Part shown: one piece after another, positions 28,690-40,109 of the stretch | Layout: the number at the start of each line of letters is the position of its first letter | Numbering within the stretch: the stretch's first letter is position 1 | From: Prorocentrum cordatum | Taxonomy: Eukaryota | NCBI GenBank assembly: GCA_963575745.1 | Contig: CAUYUJ010000021.1 | Span: forward strand, 62,001 to 119,493 | DNA: 57,493 nt | Reading direction: 5' to 3' | Made by a program: the position numbers and the translations under genes | The notes under the pieces: model-generated | What the model saw: only the letters and a program-made list of their open reading frames with translations | The model's database searches: none | What the model was told of the DNA's origin: nothing

Positions 28690-31450
28690 GGAACTCCTGC
28701 CAGGAGATCAGGACCTCGGACTTGGCCAGCTCTCGCCTAGACGCTGCCTGGGATCGATCTTTGAGCTCCGGAGTCTCTTTCCTACGACTGAGTTCTCCAC
28801 TTTCATCGATGAGACTGAGCTTCCCGTGGGTCATCAGATCGAAGAGGGCGGCGTTGCTTTTCGTGATGTCGTCTTTGGTGAGGGAGTCGACGGGCACGCG
28901 CCCGTGAGGCACCCACCTAACCTTGCCGCCGGCCCTCTCGAGGGCCTCGCTGATAGCCAAGTCTAGAGCCGTCCGGCGGTCCTTGGCACTGGCGTCCCCT
29001 TCTTTCTGCATCGTGTCGTAAATGGATTTGGCATCCACGACATGTACTTGTCCTTCTCGGGAGCCCAGCTGACAGTTGGACCTCAACACCGTTGTGAACG
29101 GTCCTGATGCTCTCCGGCAGTCTGGGATGTCGACGTCCCGGAAGACGACGTCTCGATACATGATTTGAAGGAACTCCACCTCTGCGACCGCCGCTGACAG
29201 GGCTTGGGTCTCGCCTGCCAGCGTGGACGGGACCTTACGCCGTAGCTAACTCGACCGCTACCCCAGGATGGAGGCCCGGACGGACTGGTTGGACATGATA
29301 GCCTTGTCGGTCCCCAGCACCATCCATGCTCCCTGCGTCGGGTCCTCCGGAAGACCCCGGTCGTCGGCCAGGCTGGCCGTGGCTCCTACACCTCCGGCAT
29401 CCGAGAACGACGCGAACAAGAAATGCTCTGGGTCTGATCTTCACACGGTAAGCCCCCTGGAAGCAGTAGCCCGCAAGTGTCGGACCAGCTTGTTGGCGCA
29501 CTGAATGTCGTAGATGGTCGGAGCCTTCAGGCGGCTCGCCAGTATTCTGGCGACGCCGGCAGCTTTTGGTCTGGTTTCACGGCCGACCCAGTTTAATTTA
29601 TAGACGAGGGAGCGCAGCGCCTTAAATTCACCACGCTCCAGGGGAGCATCTTTCTGACCCATGCGGCCCTTGGCCACCGACAGAGCCTTCACTTCTTCAA
29701 GAATATTACCTAACAGCGAAGACTGGTGAGTTTCTAGTGGTGTCAAAAGACAACATCATGACTCCTCACGGGGGTCGGGGCGGGACCCGGGGCGGCTGCC
29801 GCCGAAGCCGAAATCGCTTGGGACATCCTCGCAAAATCGCTCTCCCAGAACTCCATTCCCGGGCCACATTTTGAATGCCCGGAGCCAACTGTAGGCCACT
29901 TCGTGCTCTTCGACTTCCCAGAACTCCATTCCTGGGCCACATTTTGGATGCCCGGAGCCAACTGTAGGCCACTTCGTGGTCTTCGAGTTCCCAGAACTCC
30001 ATTCCCGGGCCGCAGTTTGGATGCCCGGAGCCAACTGTAGGCCACCTCGTGGTCTTCGAGTTCCCAGAACTCCAGTCCCGGGCCACATTTTGAATGCCCG
30101 GAGCCAGCTGTAGGCCACTTCGTGTTCTTCGAATTCCCAGAACTTCATTCCCGGGCCACATTTTGAATGCTGAGGCAGGCTGATGCTGAGGCTGAGGCAA
30201 GCTGAGGATGAGGCAGGCTGAGGCCGAGGCTGAAGGCAGACTGAGGCTGAGGCTGAAGCAGGCTGAGGCTGAGGCTGAGGCAGGCTGAGGCTGAGGCTGA
30301 GGCAGGCTGATGCTGAGGCAGGCTGAGGCTGAGGCTGAGGCTGATGCAGGCTGAGGCTGAGGCAGGCTGAGGCTGAGGCCGAGGCTGAAGGCAGACTGAG
30401 GCTGAGGCTGAAGCAGGCTGAGGCTGAGGCTGAGGCAGGCTGAGGCTGAGGCAGGCTGAGGCTGAGGCTGAGGCAGGCTGAGGCTGAGGCTGTGACTGTG
30501 ACTGCCGTTGCCACTGCGACTGTCATCGCGAATGCGACTATACGACTGCGAGAACGGCAGAATTCTACAACTGGATTCTCATCTGAATCTTAAGGGGCAT
30601 GCTTCCAAATATGCTCCTACACATCACTGTTAGGTTGCTTTGCCGGGATAATATTTTCCTGGTCAATCATAATCTTGCGATGGGGTGAATGTGAGTCGGC
30701 GTCCGGCGAAGTCCACGGGGCCGGCCTGGCAGTCACGGCACTTGCCAAACTTAAACCTGGCCTCGAGAGTCGACCGTAACCATGCCCTGGATTCCTGGGA
30801 GGAGCTCGCTATCATAAAGTCGTCGACCTCGAGGAGCATCATATTGAGCACCTCTCCCTTACTCCCGTACCGGATCCACCAGCATGGCCCCAGAAGACTC
30901 CGGACGAAACCGTGCTCCTGGAGGTAGCTCACCGCCGTCCTACGCCAGGCCATGGGCCGGTGCATCGTCCAGCCCGTGCACATCCACTAGGAGCCGGATC
31001 AGGGACCCCGGTTCCACGTCCACGCCGTCGCAAGTAGATCTCACCCTGGGCCCTCCTCATCGGGTCCGACTGGCAGAATGCGTTTTTCACGTCCGCGATG
31101 TCTCCTAACATGCCTAGATTGATGGCAGTCTGGAGGAACATCATTATCGAGGATGTCTGAGGCGTGGGCGCATACACGGCCAGGGCGCCGAAGTCAGGAT
31201 CCCCGTGCCCGTGAACACACCAGCTGGATTTCGCGTCCGGATCGGCAAGCGCCCCCTCGACGGGCTTCCAACGCCTCACCATCCTAGATGATATGATCCG
31301 GTCTGGGAGCTGCTCGCGCACTATCCTGGCCTGGCTGGGGGGCACCACCTCGACGGCCCCGGTGCCCATCATGGCGCCCCACTCTTTCTTGTCCGAAATC
31401 TCAAACTTGGCCCTCTCGGCGGGGGTCAGTCGCTTGAGACAGACCTCACC
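28690..31450 (-). pseudogene. Copia reverse transcriptase and RNase H (frameshifted; interrupted at 29708-30649)
   Basis: ISSRMVRRWK, HGHGDPD, YAPTP, IADVKNAFCQ, LEVDDF; RNase H FSDA, VDAKSIYD, VRWVP, DSLTK. Confidence 0.9.
29708..30649. mobile_element. Non-autonomous insertion with asymmetric inverted repeats, carrying a 73-bp tandem repeat and (GCTGAG)n
   Basis: ACCTAACAGCGA at 29708 vs TCACTGTTAGGT at 30624-30635; AATATT on both flanks; about 4.5 copies of a 73-bp unit at 29844-30170; GCTGAG array at 30170-30490. Confidence 0.7.
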
Positions 31451-32449
31451 CCCGCGCCCCGTGGCGCAAACGCCTCCGACCTGATCGGCTCTCGTCTCCT
31501 GGCTGCTCACGGACGGCCCGGGAGCCCCACCCCCCGACGCCAAACGGAAAGATCCAGAAATCCTCGGAAACCCCGGACACGCTCGGCCTCACTGGCGAGC
31601 GGGACCTGGGTCGCCCGGCCACCTCGAGGTCGCGCGCCAGCTCGGACACGGAGCGGGAGCGCTCGAAGCCGCGCTCGACAGACCCTCGACCTCCTCTTGT
31701 ATCCGGGCCCGGAGGAGAGGAGGAGGCAGAGGGGAGAGGAGGAGGTCCAGGAAGGCCTGGAGGACCGCCTGGGACCACACCACCACCGGAGAGGGAGGAG
31801 GAGGCCCCGCTCTCCCCGACCCGCTGGGACCCGTCCTCGGCAGCCTCGCTGAGGCGAGGCCGCTTGACCTCGGGCGGGCTCGAGACTGCTCTCCGCGCCG
31901 CATCGGAGGCCCGGATGCGCCGGGGCGCGTCCTCCGGCTGCGCGAGCCGGCGAACCCTCGCCGGAGGGAGTAAAGCCTCGAGGCCGGGCTGAGGCGAAGG
32001 GGAAGCCGCAACCGAGGGCGCGGGAGAGGGAAGAGCCGAGAGAGGAGGAGAGGAGAGGACGGGAGGAGGAGAGGAAGAGACCGCGGGAGAGGTAGTAGTG
32101 GGAGGTCCAGACCCCTCTCCGTCTCCCCGATCCCCGGAGGGATCTGAACCTCTGGGCGAGGGAGGCGCCGTGGGCGGCTCCGCTCGAAGCTCCTCCGCCT
32201 CGGGGATGCATCGGAGACGGGAGGGGGCCCCCACGTCCAGGGACCCCGCCTGGGACCTTCCGCCGGCCCCGCCTGGCAGGAGGGGCCCCAGGACCGCCGG
32301 GGCGGGGGGCGCCTCGGCCGGAGCTTCTTCCGCCGGTTCCGGACCGCCACCTGGGACGGACCGGGGTCCGTCTGAGCCTGGGCTGCAGGCTCGCCCCAGG
32401 CCTCGTCGGGGGGTGGGCCCTCCCGGATGACGTCGACAGCGGTCACTCT

Positions 32450-33590
32450 GCGGGCCTGAGCGGCCTGCATCAGTTGTTGCCACTTCGGGTCGTGGGCCAA
32501 CTGCAGACCGCACTCCTCCTCCGAGCTGGCGAGACGCAGCTGCTCCACACTGCACTCCCAGAGTCTCGCCCTAACGGCGACCCACACGGTCCCGCCTTCG
32601 CTCAGGACAACAATCCCGGGGCCGGTCCACCCGCCCCACCAGCGGCCCAACGCATCGGCTCTGGACGAGGTTCTGGTGAAGTGCCTCCACACAAACACCC
32701 ACTGGCCCGGAGTGAAGACCCTGGTCCCCGGGACCTTGGCGCGCGAGGCCCGGCTCATCTTCTCGCGAGCGGTCACCTCCATGGCCATGCGACGCGCCGC
32801 GGCCCGGACCTCCTGGGCTCGAGAGAACTCGGAGCCCGCGGCATCCTGCTCCGAGGCGGGCCTAAGGGCATCCTGCCAACCTGGAAGCCCCTTGTGGTCA
32901 TCACTCAAGATGTCGTGCGGGAGGCGGGGGTTTCGCCGAAGACGAGTTGGAGCGGGGAGAACCCCCGCGATGCCAGGACCTGTTCTTATGGGCGACCAAC
33001 TCGTACACGAGGTCGTCAAGCTCCTGGAGGTCCCCTGGAAGCGATGACCCGGCATCTATCTCGGCCTTAACTCGGTCTTTCACCCAGCCCCCATGACGCT
33101 CGACCCGGCCGTTCTGCCATGGGGGGTCCGCGTCGCACACGTGTTGACAGATTCCCCACTGCTCCATGCCACGAGCAGACCTCGAACCGAACTCGGAGCC
33201 ACCGTCCGATATGACGAAGTGGGGGGCGCCGAAAGGGCGGATCCAGGACCCCAGAAATTCCGACCACACCGTAGTGGACTGGGCATTCGCTATTCTCACC
33301 AGCACTTGGAGGTTGGACCCGTGGTCCACGATGTTCAGGAAGGGATGGGTAACCCCCAGAAAGTCGAGGTAGAAAAGATCCACTCCGACAGTGTGATTAA
33401 AGCGAAACGTACGTGGCATAGCGACCCTCCAGTGGACCCCCACGCGAGCCCGCTCGGCACATTCCGAGCACTGGAACTTCCTTCGCACCCAGCGAAGCAG
33501 GTGAGACTTCGCCCCACCGGACCGAAGGACGCGAATGAACTTCCTGTTGTCGGGATGGCCCATTATCCACGTGAAGCGTATAGAGGAGTC
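32450..33590 (-). pseudogene. Retroviral-type integrase (HHCC + DDE), frameshifted
   Basis: GHPDN...CSEC, VGVDLF, IVDHGS, ISDGGSEF, PWQNGRVERHGG, FTPGQWVFVWR. Confidence 0.92.
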
Positions 33591-33799
33591 GTTTTTCTTC
33601 TTCGAGCGGTTCGGGTTCTTCCTCCTTGTGAGTGGGCTTGGCTCCCTCGGCCTTCGGTCCCCGGGTCTTCTGTTCGTCGCCGCTGTCCTCGTCCGACTCA
33701 CCCTCCACGCCTTCCGCACCTCCCTCGGGAAAGTTCCCCTCGGCTCACTCGGCCCACGTGGGCCTCGAGTGCTTGGAAGCCCCGCTCCACTGATCGGCC

Positions 33800-34175
33800 A
33801 CGGCCCGAGCGACCAGCTGCACGAACCGAGGTGGGTAGCACGCCGCCTTAGTGGTGATGCAGCCACCCTCCAGAACCGCGTGCCTGTGGTAAGGATCAGA
33901 TCGCGAACCCCTTCGAGCATCAATCGATCCCAATCGCCGGGAGCCATCCGACCTCGATTCGTCTGGTTAATAGCTGAGAAAACTCGGCACTCAGAGCAGA
34001 GCCACACCATCTCGGGTTCTTCGGTCTGGATCCTTCGCCAAAGCTCTCGAACGTGGGAGGGGCGGGACGCATCCCACCCCTGCTTGAGGTCCCAGCTCGG
34101 CCGAGAGCCGAGGGGGGCCCCGGCCCCCTGCACGGCTGGGGCGATACGAGGTGGGGAAAAGACCTCATGAAGGCA
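33800..34175 (-). pseudogene. Cytosine-C5 methyltransferase-like domain remnant inside the LTR element
   Basis: LHEVFSPPRIA (34140-34172), SWDLKQGWD, PEMVWLCSECRVFS, and in another frame TKAACYPPRFVQLVA; the order resembles DNMT motifs I, II/III, IV and X with the middle deleted. Confidence 0.55.
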
Positions 34176-34783
34176 ACCCTGGAACGATCACGAGCGGCGA
34201 AAGCCTCCTCGGCCCCGGGGCCCTGACGATCCGGGCACCACTCAGACAACCTCTCGGCGAGCGCCTGGCGCACCCGGGACCCACGCGCGACCTCGCGGTC
34301 GTCATTCCACACATCCCCGCCCAGAAACTCCGCCTCGAAGGCGGAGAAGCGCGAGGCCGAGGTAGGGTCTCTCTTCCTTTTAGGTGCGCACTCGGCGCCA
34401 GAAGGTGAGCAGCCGCACGCGGCAAAGCAGGCCGCCAGGCCTAGCGACGACCTCTCGCCACCAGGCCTCGGGAGAGGCTCGGAAGAGGGGAGGGGACCAC
34501 TCACACCAGGCTGGGAGCTTCGTCGCTCAGCAGCTCCCAGCTCTCGTCCACCGCCTCTGGGATGGCCGAAGGTCGAAGCCCACGAGAGGTGGCATCACCG
34601 CGGCCGCCTGAAGGGTCGAGGTCGTCGATGCCTCGGAGGACGCCGTCGCGGTCGTGGTCGTGCCTTGGCCGCCCTGGTAGTTCTCGTTGGAGTCGCCCTC
34701 TGGAGGAGGAGGTTCCCACCTCGGCTGGAGGGGGCCCCCGCTGCTCGACGACACCGCGGCCGACTGCGCCCCCACGGTGAAAT

Positions 34784-36113
34784 CCCACCAGCCCTTTGGG
34801 CGTGAGTGGTTTAGAGAGCCCGCTCTGTTCTCACCCCCCCTTCTTCCCCTTTCGGGCCCCCCCCTGGGCCTGGAGAGGGCGCCCCGCGGGTGGTCAGAGG
34901 AGTCTTTTCCGCCTCCTGGGAGGGCCAAAAAACGACACCCCTCGCGAGGATTCTGGCCCCGACGGGGGGAGGGAGAAAAAGCCCTCTCCTCTTCTGTGAA
35001 GCCAACATCATTGATTTTACTAAGGTTTTGGCCCCATTTTGGCCTTCTGCGGGGGCAGCGCCCATGAAAGCCCCCCTCTTCCTTCAAAGCCAAATTATTG
35101 ATCTTACGAAGGTTTTGGGCTCATCTTGCCCTTCTGAAGGGGGCAGCGCTAATTAAAGCCCCCCTCTTCTTTGATCCATTTCCTCCAAGATGGCCCCAAG
35201 AAGCGCCCAGGAGGCACCAAGAGGCCCCAAGATGGCCCCAAGAGGCCGCCAGGAGGCCCCCAAGAGGCCTCCAAGAGGCACCCAAGATGCCCCCAAAAGG
35301 CCCCCAAGAGGCCCCAAGAGGCGCCGAAGACGCCCCAGGAAGCCTCCAAGAGGCTCCAAGAGGCTCCCCCGAGGCACCCAAGACGCCCCCGGAAGCCCCT
35401 GGGGCCGCCAAGAGGCCCCCAAGACGCCCCAAACGGCCTCCAAGAGGCCCCCAAGAGGCCCGAACAGGCGCCCCCCAAGGCACCCAAGACGCTCCTAGAA
35501 GCCCCTGGGGCCGCCAAGCGAGGGACGAGGGGCCCGAACGGCTCACGCCACGAAGAGCCCGAACGACTCACACCAGAAGGAGGGGCCCCAACGACTCAGA
35601 CCAGGACGAGGCGCCCGAACGACTCACACCACGAGGAGCCCGAACGACTCACACCACGACGAGGCCCCGAACGACTCACACCACGAGGAGCCCGAACGAG
35701 TCACATCAGGAGGAGGGGCCCGAACGACTCACACCAGGACGAGGGGCCCGAACAACTCACGCCACAAGAAGCCCGAACGACTCACACCAGGACGAAGAGC
35801 CCGAACGACTCAGACCACGAAGAGCCCGAACGACTCACACCAGGAAGAAGGGCCCGAGCGACTCACACCAGGACGAGAAACCCCAAACGACTCAAACCAC
35901 GAGGAGCGCTTTCTCTCCCTCCTCCTCCGCCTCGCCCTTCTCCCGCTCCCACCACAAGGAGGATGTGCACGGAAGCGGGAGGAAGGAGGAACAGGGGAGA
36001 TATGCGGGGGCAGGCGGAAACACGCCTGAAAAAAAAAAACACAACTGTCGGCATGCTTCGCAAGAGTGGCTGTTTTGAGATGGGCTGGTGGGGATACGCG
36101 AAGCGTAAAGAAT
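34784..36113 (+). mobile_element. Helentron/Helitron2-like non-autonomous element, copy 1
   Basis: 5' CCCACCAGCCC; 3' subterminal GGGCTGGTGGG (36082-36092), TACGC-GAA-GCGTA hairpin, AAGAAT; sits at T^T; removing it restores the host frame VLNN-FTVG. Confidence 0.85.
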
Positions 36114-37673
36114 TGTTCAACACATTCGTGATGCCAGCCACGGCGTTGCCCACCTGCACGACCATCATGCCCAGCTGCCCCAGGCTCGTCTCGATGTTGT
36201 TGATGGAGCCCTGCATCTGGTTGACCTGCGCCTGGAGGGCGTCGACCGACTCCCCCAGGTCCTCCATGGTTCCGAGGGGGCGCTTGATGTGGATCACCGC
36301 CTGGTGGATCTGCCGCAAGCCCTCCACCGTCTGCGTCGGGGCCTCCTGCGCCGCGGTGGCGACCTCGATCATCCTGTCCACCGCCTCCTGCACGCGTCCG
36401 AACTGCCCGAGCCCCTCGGGCAGCGTCTGTAGCTGCCACTGAAGGCCCTGGAGGAGACTCGAGAGACTGTTCACGGTGGTCAGAGCTGCCCCGCCGGCGC
36501 GGAAATCTGGGCCGTTCTGGAGAATATCGACAGCTCGAGCCGCCAACGCTGCTGCTGCCGGAGCCGCGTCCGCCGCGGTCGGTGGCTGAGGCTGTCCCGC
36601 GCTCTGCCCGTGCCCCCTCGGGACCCACGCGAGGCGCTCCTCGCAGTCGAGGCACTTGCTGCCGCCCCCGTTCTGGTTGCCAAAATGCTTCGCCTGGCCG
36701 TGAGGACAGCGCGGCCAAGGCTTGGGGGGTGGCTTGGTCGCGGCTGGCCCCGTCAGCGGTGGGGGCGGGGGCCCCGTCGCCGCAGCCGCGGGCGGCCAAC
36801 CCGCTGCCACCGCCGCCGCGTTCCACAGCGTCGGCTCGGCTGTGGGCGTGGACCCGGCGGCAGTGGAGGCGACGCCCAGGTGCTCGCCCCCGCGCTCGTC
36901 GCCTGAGCCGCTGCCGCCGCCGCCCCGCTCAAAGCTCCAGGCTGCTGTCCTGGGATCACGGCGCCGCCGCCACCGGAGGACGGCAGAGCGTCGTGGGGCG
37001 GGTGGTCCGGCAGCTGAGTCTGGTCGCTGTCCGATTCTGATCCCTGGCCCCTGCGATGGGCTGCCTTGAACTCGTCCGTCATCTTCTTCGCTCCTGGCTC
37101 CTTCTTCTTTCCGGCCACCACCGTGAAGCCGATCGTCGCCAGCAGCAGCGATGCGCAGATCACCGTCCGCGGCATCATCGCCGCCTGAGTGCAGCGCCCG
37201 AGGTCGATCGAGAAAGCTCGCGAGGCTGAAGCTGGTGCTTGAGCCCAGATGTTCTACGGAGGAGGGGTTGGGACGGGACTCGAGAGCCCCGGGTGCCGTC
37301 TCGATGGCCCTGCACCCCTTGACCTTAGCTTTCTTGATCGATCCCACCGCTGATTCCGGCCCGGGGCGGGCCCGCTGAGCTCGCGGCTGGAGGGCCGCCC
37401 TTGCCAAGGCAGTGGCCCCGATGAGCAACTGGCGCAGCCCCAGACCCCCAATCACGATCAGCAACCTAAAGTCCTTGACGTACCCCAGGACCCCCTCGAT
37501 CTGGTCCCGGTAGTCCCCTCTGCGCTGACGAGCTCTCCCCCGACGCGTCTCCTGGCCCCGAAGATGATGATGATGAGAATGATAATGTACTGCATCAGTG
37601 CGCCCTCGCTGGACATCTTCGGCACTGGGCGCCCCGCCAGCGCAAAGGCGCCGGGGGAAAGGAAAGGATACTA

Positions 37674-39930
37674 CTAGAAGGCTGAGTCGGGAACCTCACA
37701 CGGCCCGGGCAGGGGCCGGACGATGTCCACCATCCTGCGACCAGAGCCGAGCCGCGTGAGCATAACCTCGGGCTCTGGAATGTTCAGCGCCATCTTATTC
37801 TGCGGGAGGTCGATCACGCTGCCGAGGAACTCCAGCAGGTATACACTCAGTATGTGGGGAACCGCATCCTCCAGGACCGTCGCCTCGACGATGCCGAACG
37901 CCCCGCCGAGGCACATCGTGAAGAGGATGGACGCGATCACCTTCGCTGCTCCTCCTACCCCGTGGGCTGCCCTCGGCCTCCTGTGCTGAAGCGGGATCAG
38001 CACGTAGCACATGTCCTGGTCCGCAAGGGCCTGCGCCTCGCGGTTGAGGGCCTCCACGCCTACGAGGTCGCCCCCCGCCCCGGGGTCGACCAGGCCCTGC
38101 GTCGCCCTCGCCGCCATGTAGATGCCCTCGGCGGTGAGCTCGGCCTCTGCCTCGCGCCAGCTCGGGAAGCTGGCCGCCGCCGGGCCCGAGATGTAGCCGT
38201 CGAACATGTAGGCCGACAACTCCCGCCTGGCGGCCGTGTTCCTCGCCTTCTGCTTGTCTGCGCCGTTGCCCCTGCTGGGGCACTCGCGCCCCCAGTGGCC
38301 CTTCTGGTGGCATAGCTTGCACTTCGTCACTTTCATGAGCTGCTCCAGCGAGAGTCTCGACCGACCGCCTCCTCGTCCTCGTCCGCGGCCTCGACCTCCG
38401 CCGCGGCCGCCACCGCGACCGCCCTGCCGAGGGGCCCATGGAAGAGGAGGGGCTCCATCACCTCCAGGCTTGCCTCGGAAGAACTCCCGGGTCTGTCGAG
38501 CAGCTCGTTTCCTATCTTTGATCTGCTTCCAAGATCGATCGTTGGCCATCGCCGCCAAGGTGTCGTCCAGCTCGTCTTCGTGCAGGTCCATGTCCTCGAT
38601 CTCGGCCAGCACCGCATCGACGTCGAAGTCTCCCTCGACCTCGAAGTAGTCGTAACCGTCGTCCTCGTCCTCTGACTCCAGGTTGGCTTCACCACCACCG
38701 TCGACCGGACCAGAGGGGTGGAGGAAAGAGGAGGAGGGAGGCTGCTCTACCCTAGGGCCTAGCTCAGGGTACGCGTCAGGACCGGCGCCCTCCATCATGG
38801 TCCCGGCCCCGGCTCGGCCTGGTAGCAGGCGCTCTGAGCCGGGCGAGTCCATCTGGCGGAAGGCCCACGCGATGTCCGCGTAGTCCATCTTGCCCTGGGT
38901 CAGCGTCCTCAAGTTCTGTGCCCTGGGCAGAGAGCCCCGCTCCCTCTTCTAGGAGGAGGCCCTTCAACTTCGGGGACATCCACAGGTCATGTCCCTCTGC
39001 TTCCTGAAGCTGCGCTTCGCGCCTGGACACATACTGCGTCAAGGACTCCTTGCTCTCGCGAGCTGCCTCGAACAGGGCCTTACGCCCGGCTCGGCGGAGC
39101 TCGTCCCTTTCGCGCTCCCCAATCAGCAGGTCCATCCTGGCTAACAAAATGTCCAGCCACGAGGACGAAACCAACTCACGATCAGAGATATCCTCGAACT
39201 TCGCTTGCATCGTCCAATCAAACAACTTCAGAAATCGTTCTGCTCGGCGCCGCAACGTCACATCCGTGTTCTCGTTCCACCGTCGCAGCGCACGCTTCCA
39301 CTCGCGGTAGTGCGTCCAGCCTGGCCACGCTGGAGGGTCGGTGAAGTCGCCCCTCGTGCTGGGCTGGCTCCAGCTGCTGGGCCACCAGCTGCTGCTCCAG
39401 TCCTGGCTGGAGCCCCAGCCGCCGGCCCACTCGGAGCGTCCGGCGGCCCAGCCGCTCTTGCCCCAGTCGCTCCTTGTGGCCGTCGGCCTCGCCCGTCGCC
39501 GCCGCCTCAGCGGCCGCCGTCCCTGAGCTTCCTCGCGCCTGGCCGTTCCCGCTCCACGGGTCGCCCTGCGCGGAGTGCCAGGGGTCCTCGCCAGCCCCGT
39601 CCGCGGCCGTCGTCGCTCGTCGAGCGTGGTCATTCCAGCCGCTCCAGCTGTCCGTGCTCTGCCCGGTGGTCGTGCCTCACCGCTGACATAGTCCGATCCA
39701 CTATGTCCTGGGCGAGGGCCTTCCACTGCTCCTGCGTCATGGCGATGGTGGTGGCACCGGGCGCCGCGCCGCTGGCGCTCCCCCCGCCTGGTACCTCCAT
39801 CGCCTTCGTCTTCTTCTGCTCGTCCCCTGGCGTCCCCTCTTGGGACGACATGCCGTGGATCCCCTCACGCACCCAGCGCTCAGAGCGCAGCCGGGGCGAG
39901 GGCTCGCAAGCGCAGGGCCAGCTCACCGAC
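37674..39930 (-). pseudogene. gag (with CCHC zinc knuckle) and aspartic protease, frameshifted
   Basis: DPPAWPGWTHYREWKR, ESLTQYVSRR, CKLCHQKGHWGREC, GLVDPGAGGDLVG, VPHILSV. Confidence 0.88.
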
Positions 39931-39971
39931 GAGGCTGCTGCCCGGCACCCATGGCCTCTCGCCCGGACCGC

Positions 39972-39983
39972 GCTCCGCTACCA
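39972..39983 (-). promoter_or_regulatory. Primer binding site (tRNA-Met type)
   Basis: TGGTAGCGGAGC 2 nt downstream of the 5' LTR on the minus strand; resembles initiator-Met PBSs. Confidence 0.8.
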
Positions 39984-39985
39984 AC

Positions 39986-40109
39986 TGTGGCAGCAGGAGG
40001 ATTGGGCAATGTTTTCCCTTGAGCCATACCAATAGGCGAATCACGGATACACACCTAACTCGCTACACAACTGCTGAACCTAGTCTGACAAATGTGCTAT
40101 CCCATCACA
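39986..40109 (-). repeat. 5' LTR
   Basis: TGTGGCAGC...CCCATCACA followed by the AAGT TSD. Confidence 0.95.

Larger units (their letters stand above)
28342..40109 (-). mobile_element. Full-length, frameshifted Copia-order LTR retrotransposon
   Basis: 124-bp TG..CA LTRs, AAGT duplicated on both sides, PBS present; domain order gag-Zn knuckle-PR-(extra)-IN-RT-RH. Confidence 0.93.

Noticed and set aside
29844..30170. CRISPR-like regular repeats
   Set aside because: Whole 73-bp units repeat with no unique spacers; no cas genes.
35530..35900. Repeat-spacer-like CCCGAACGACTCACACC array (also 51895-52245)
   Set aside because: Intervening bases are only ~6-10 nt and mutually similar; it is a minisatellite inside the HINE-like element.
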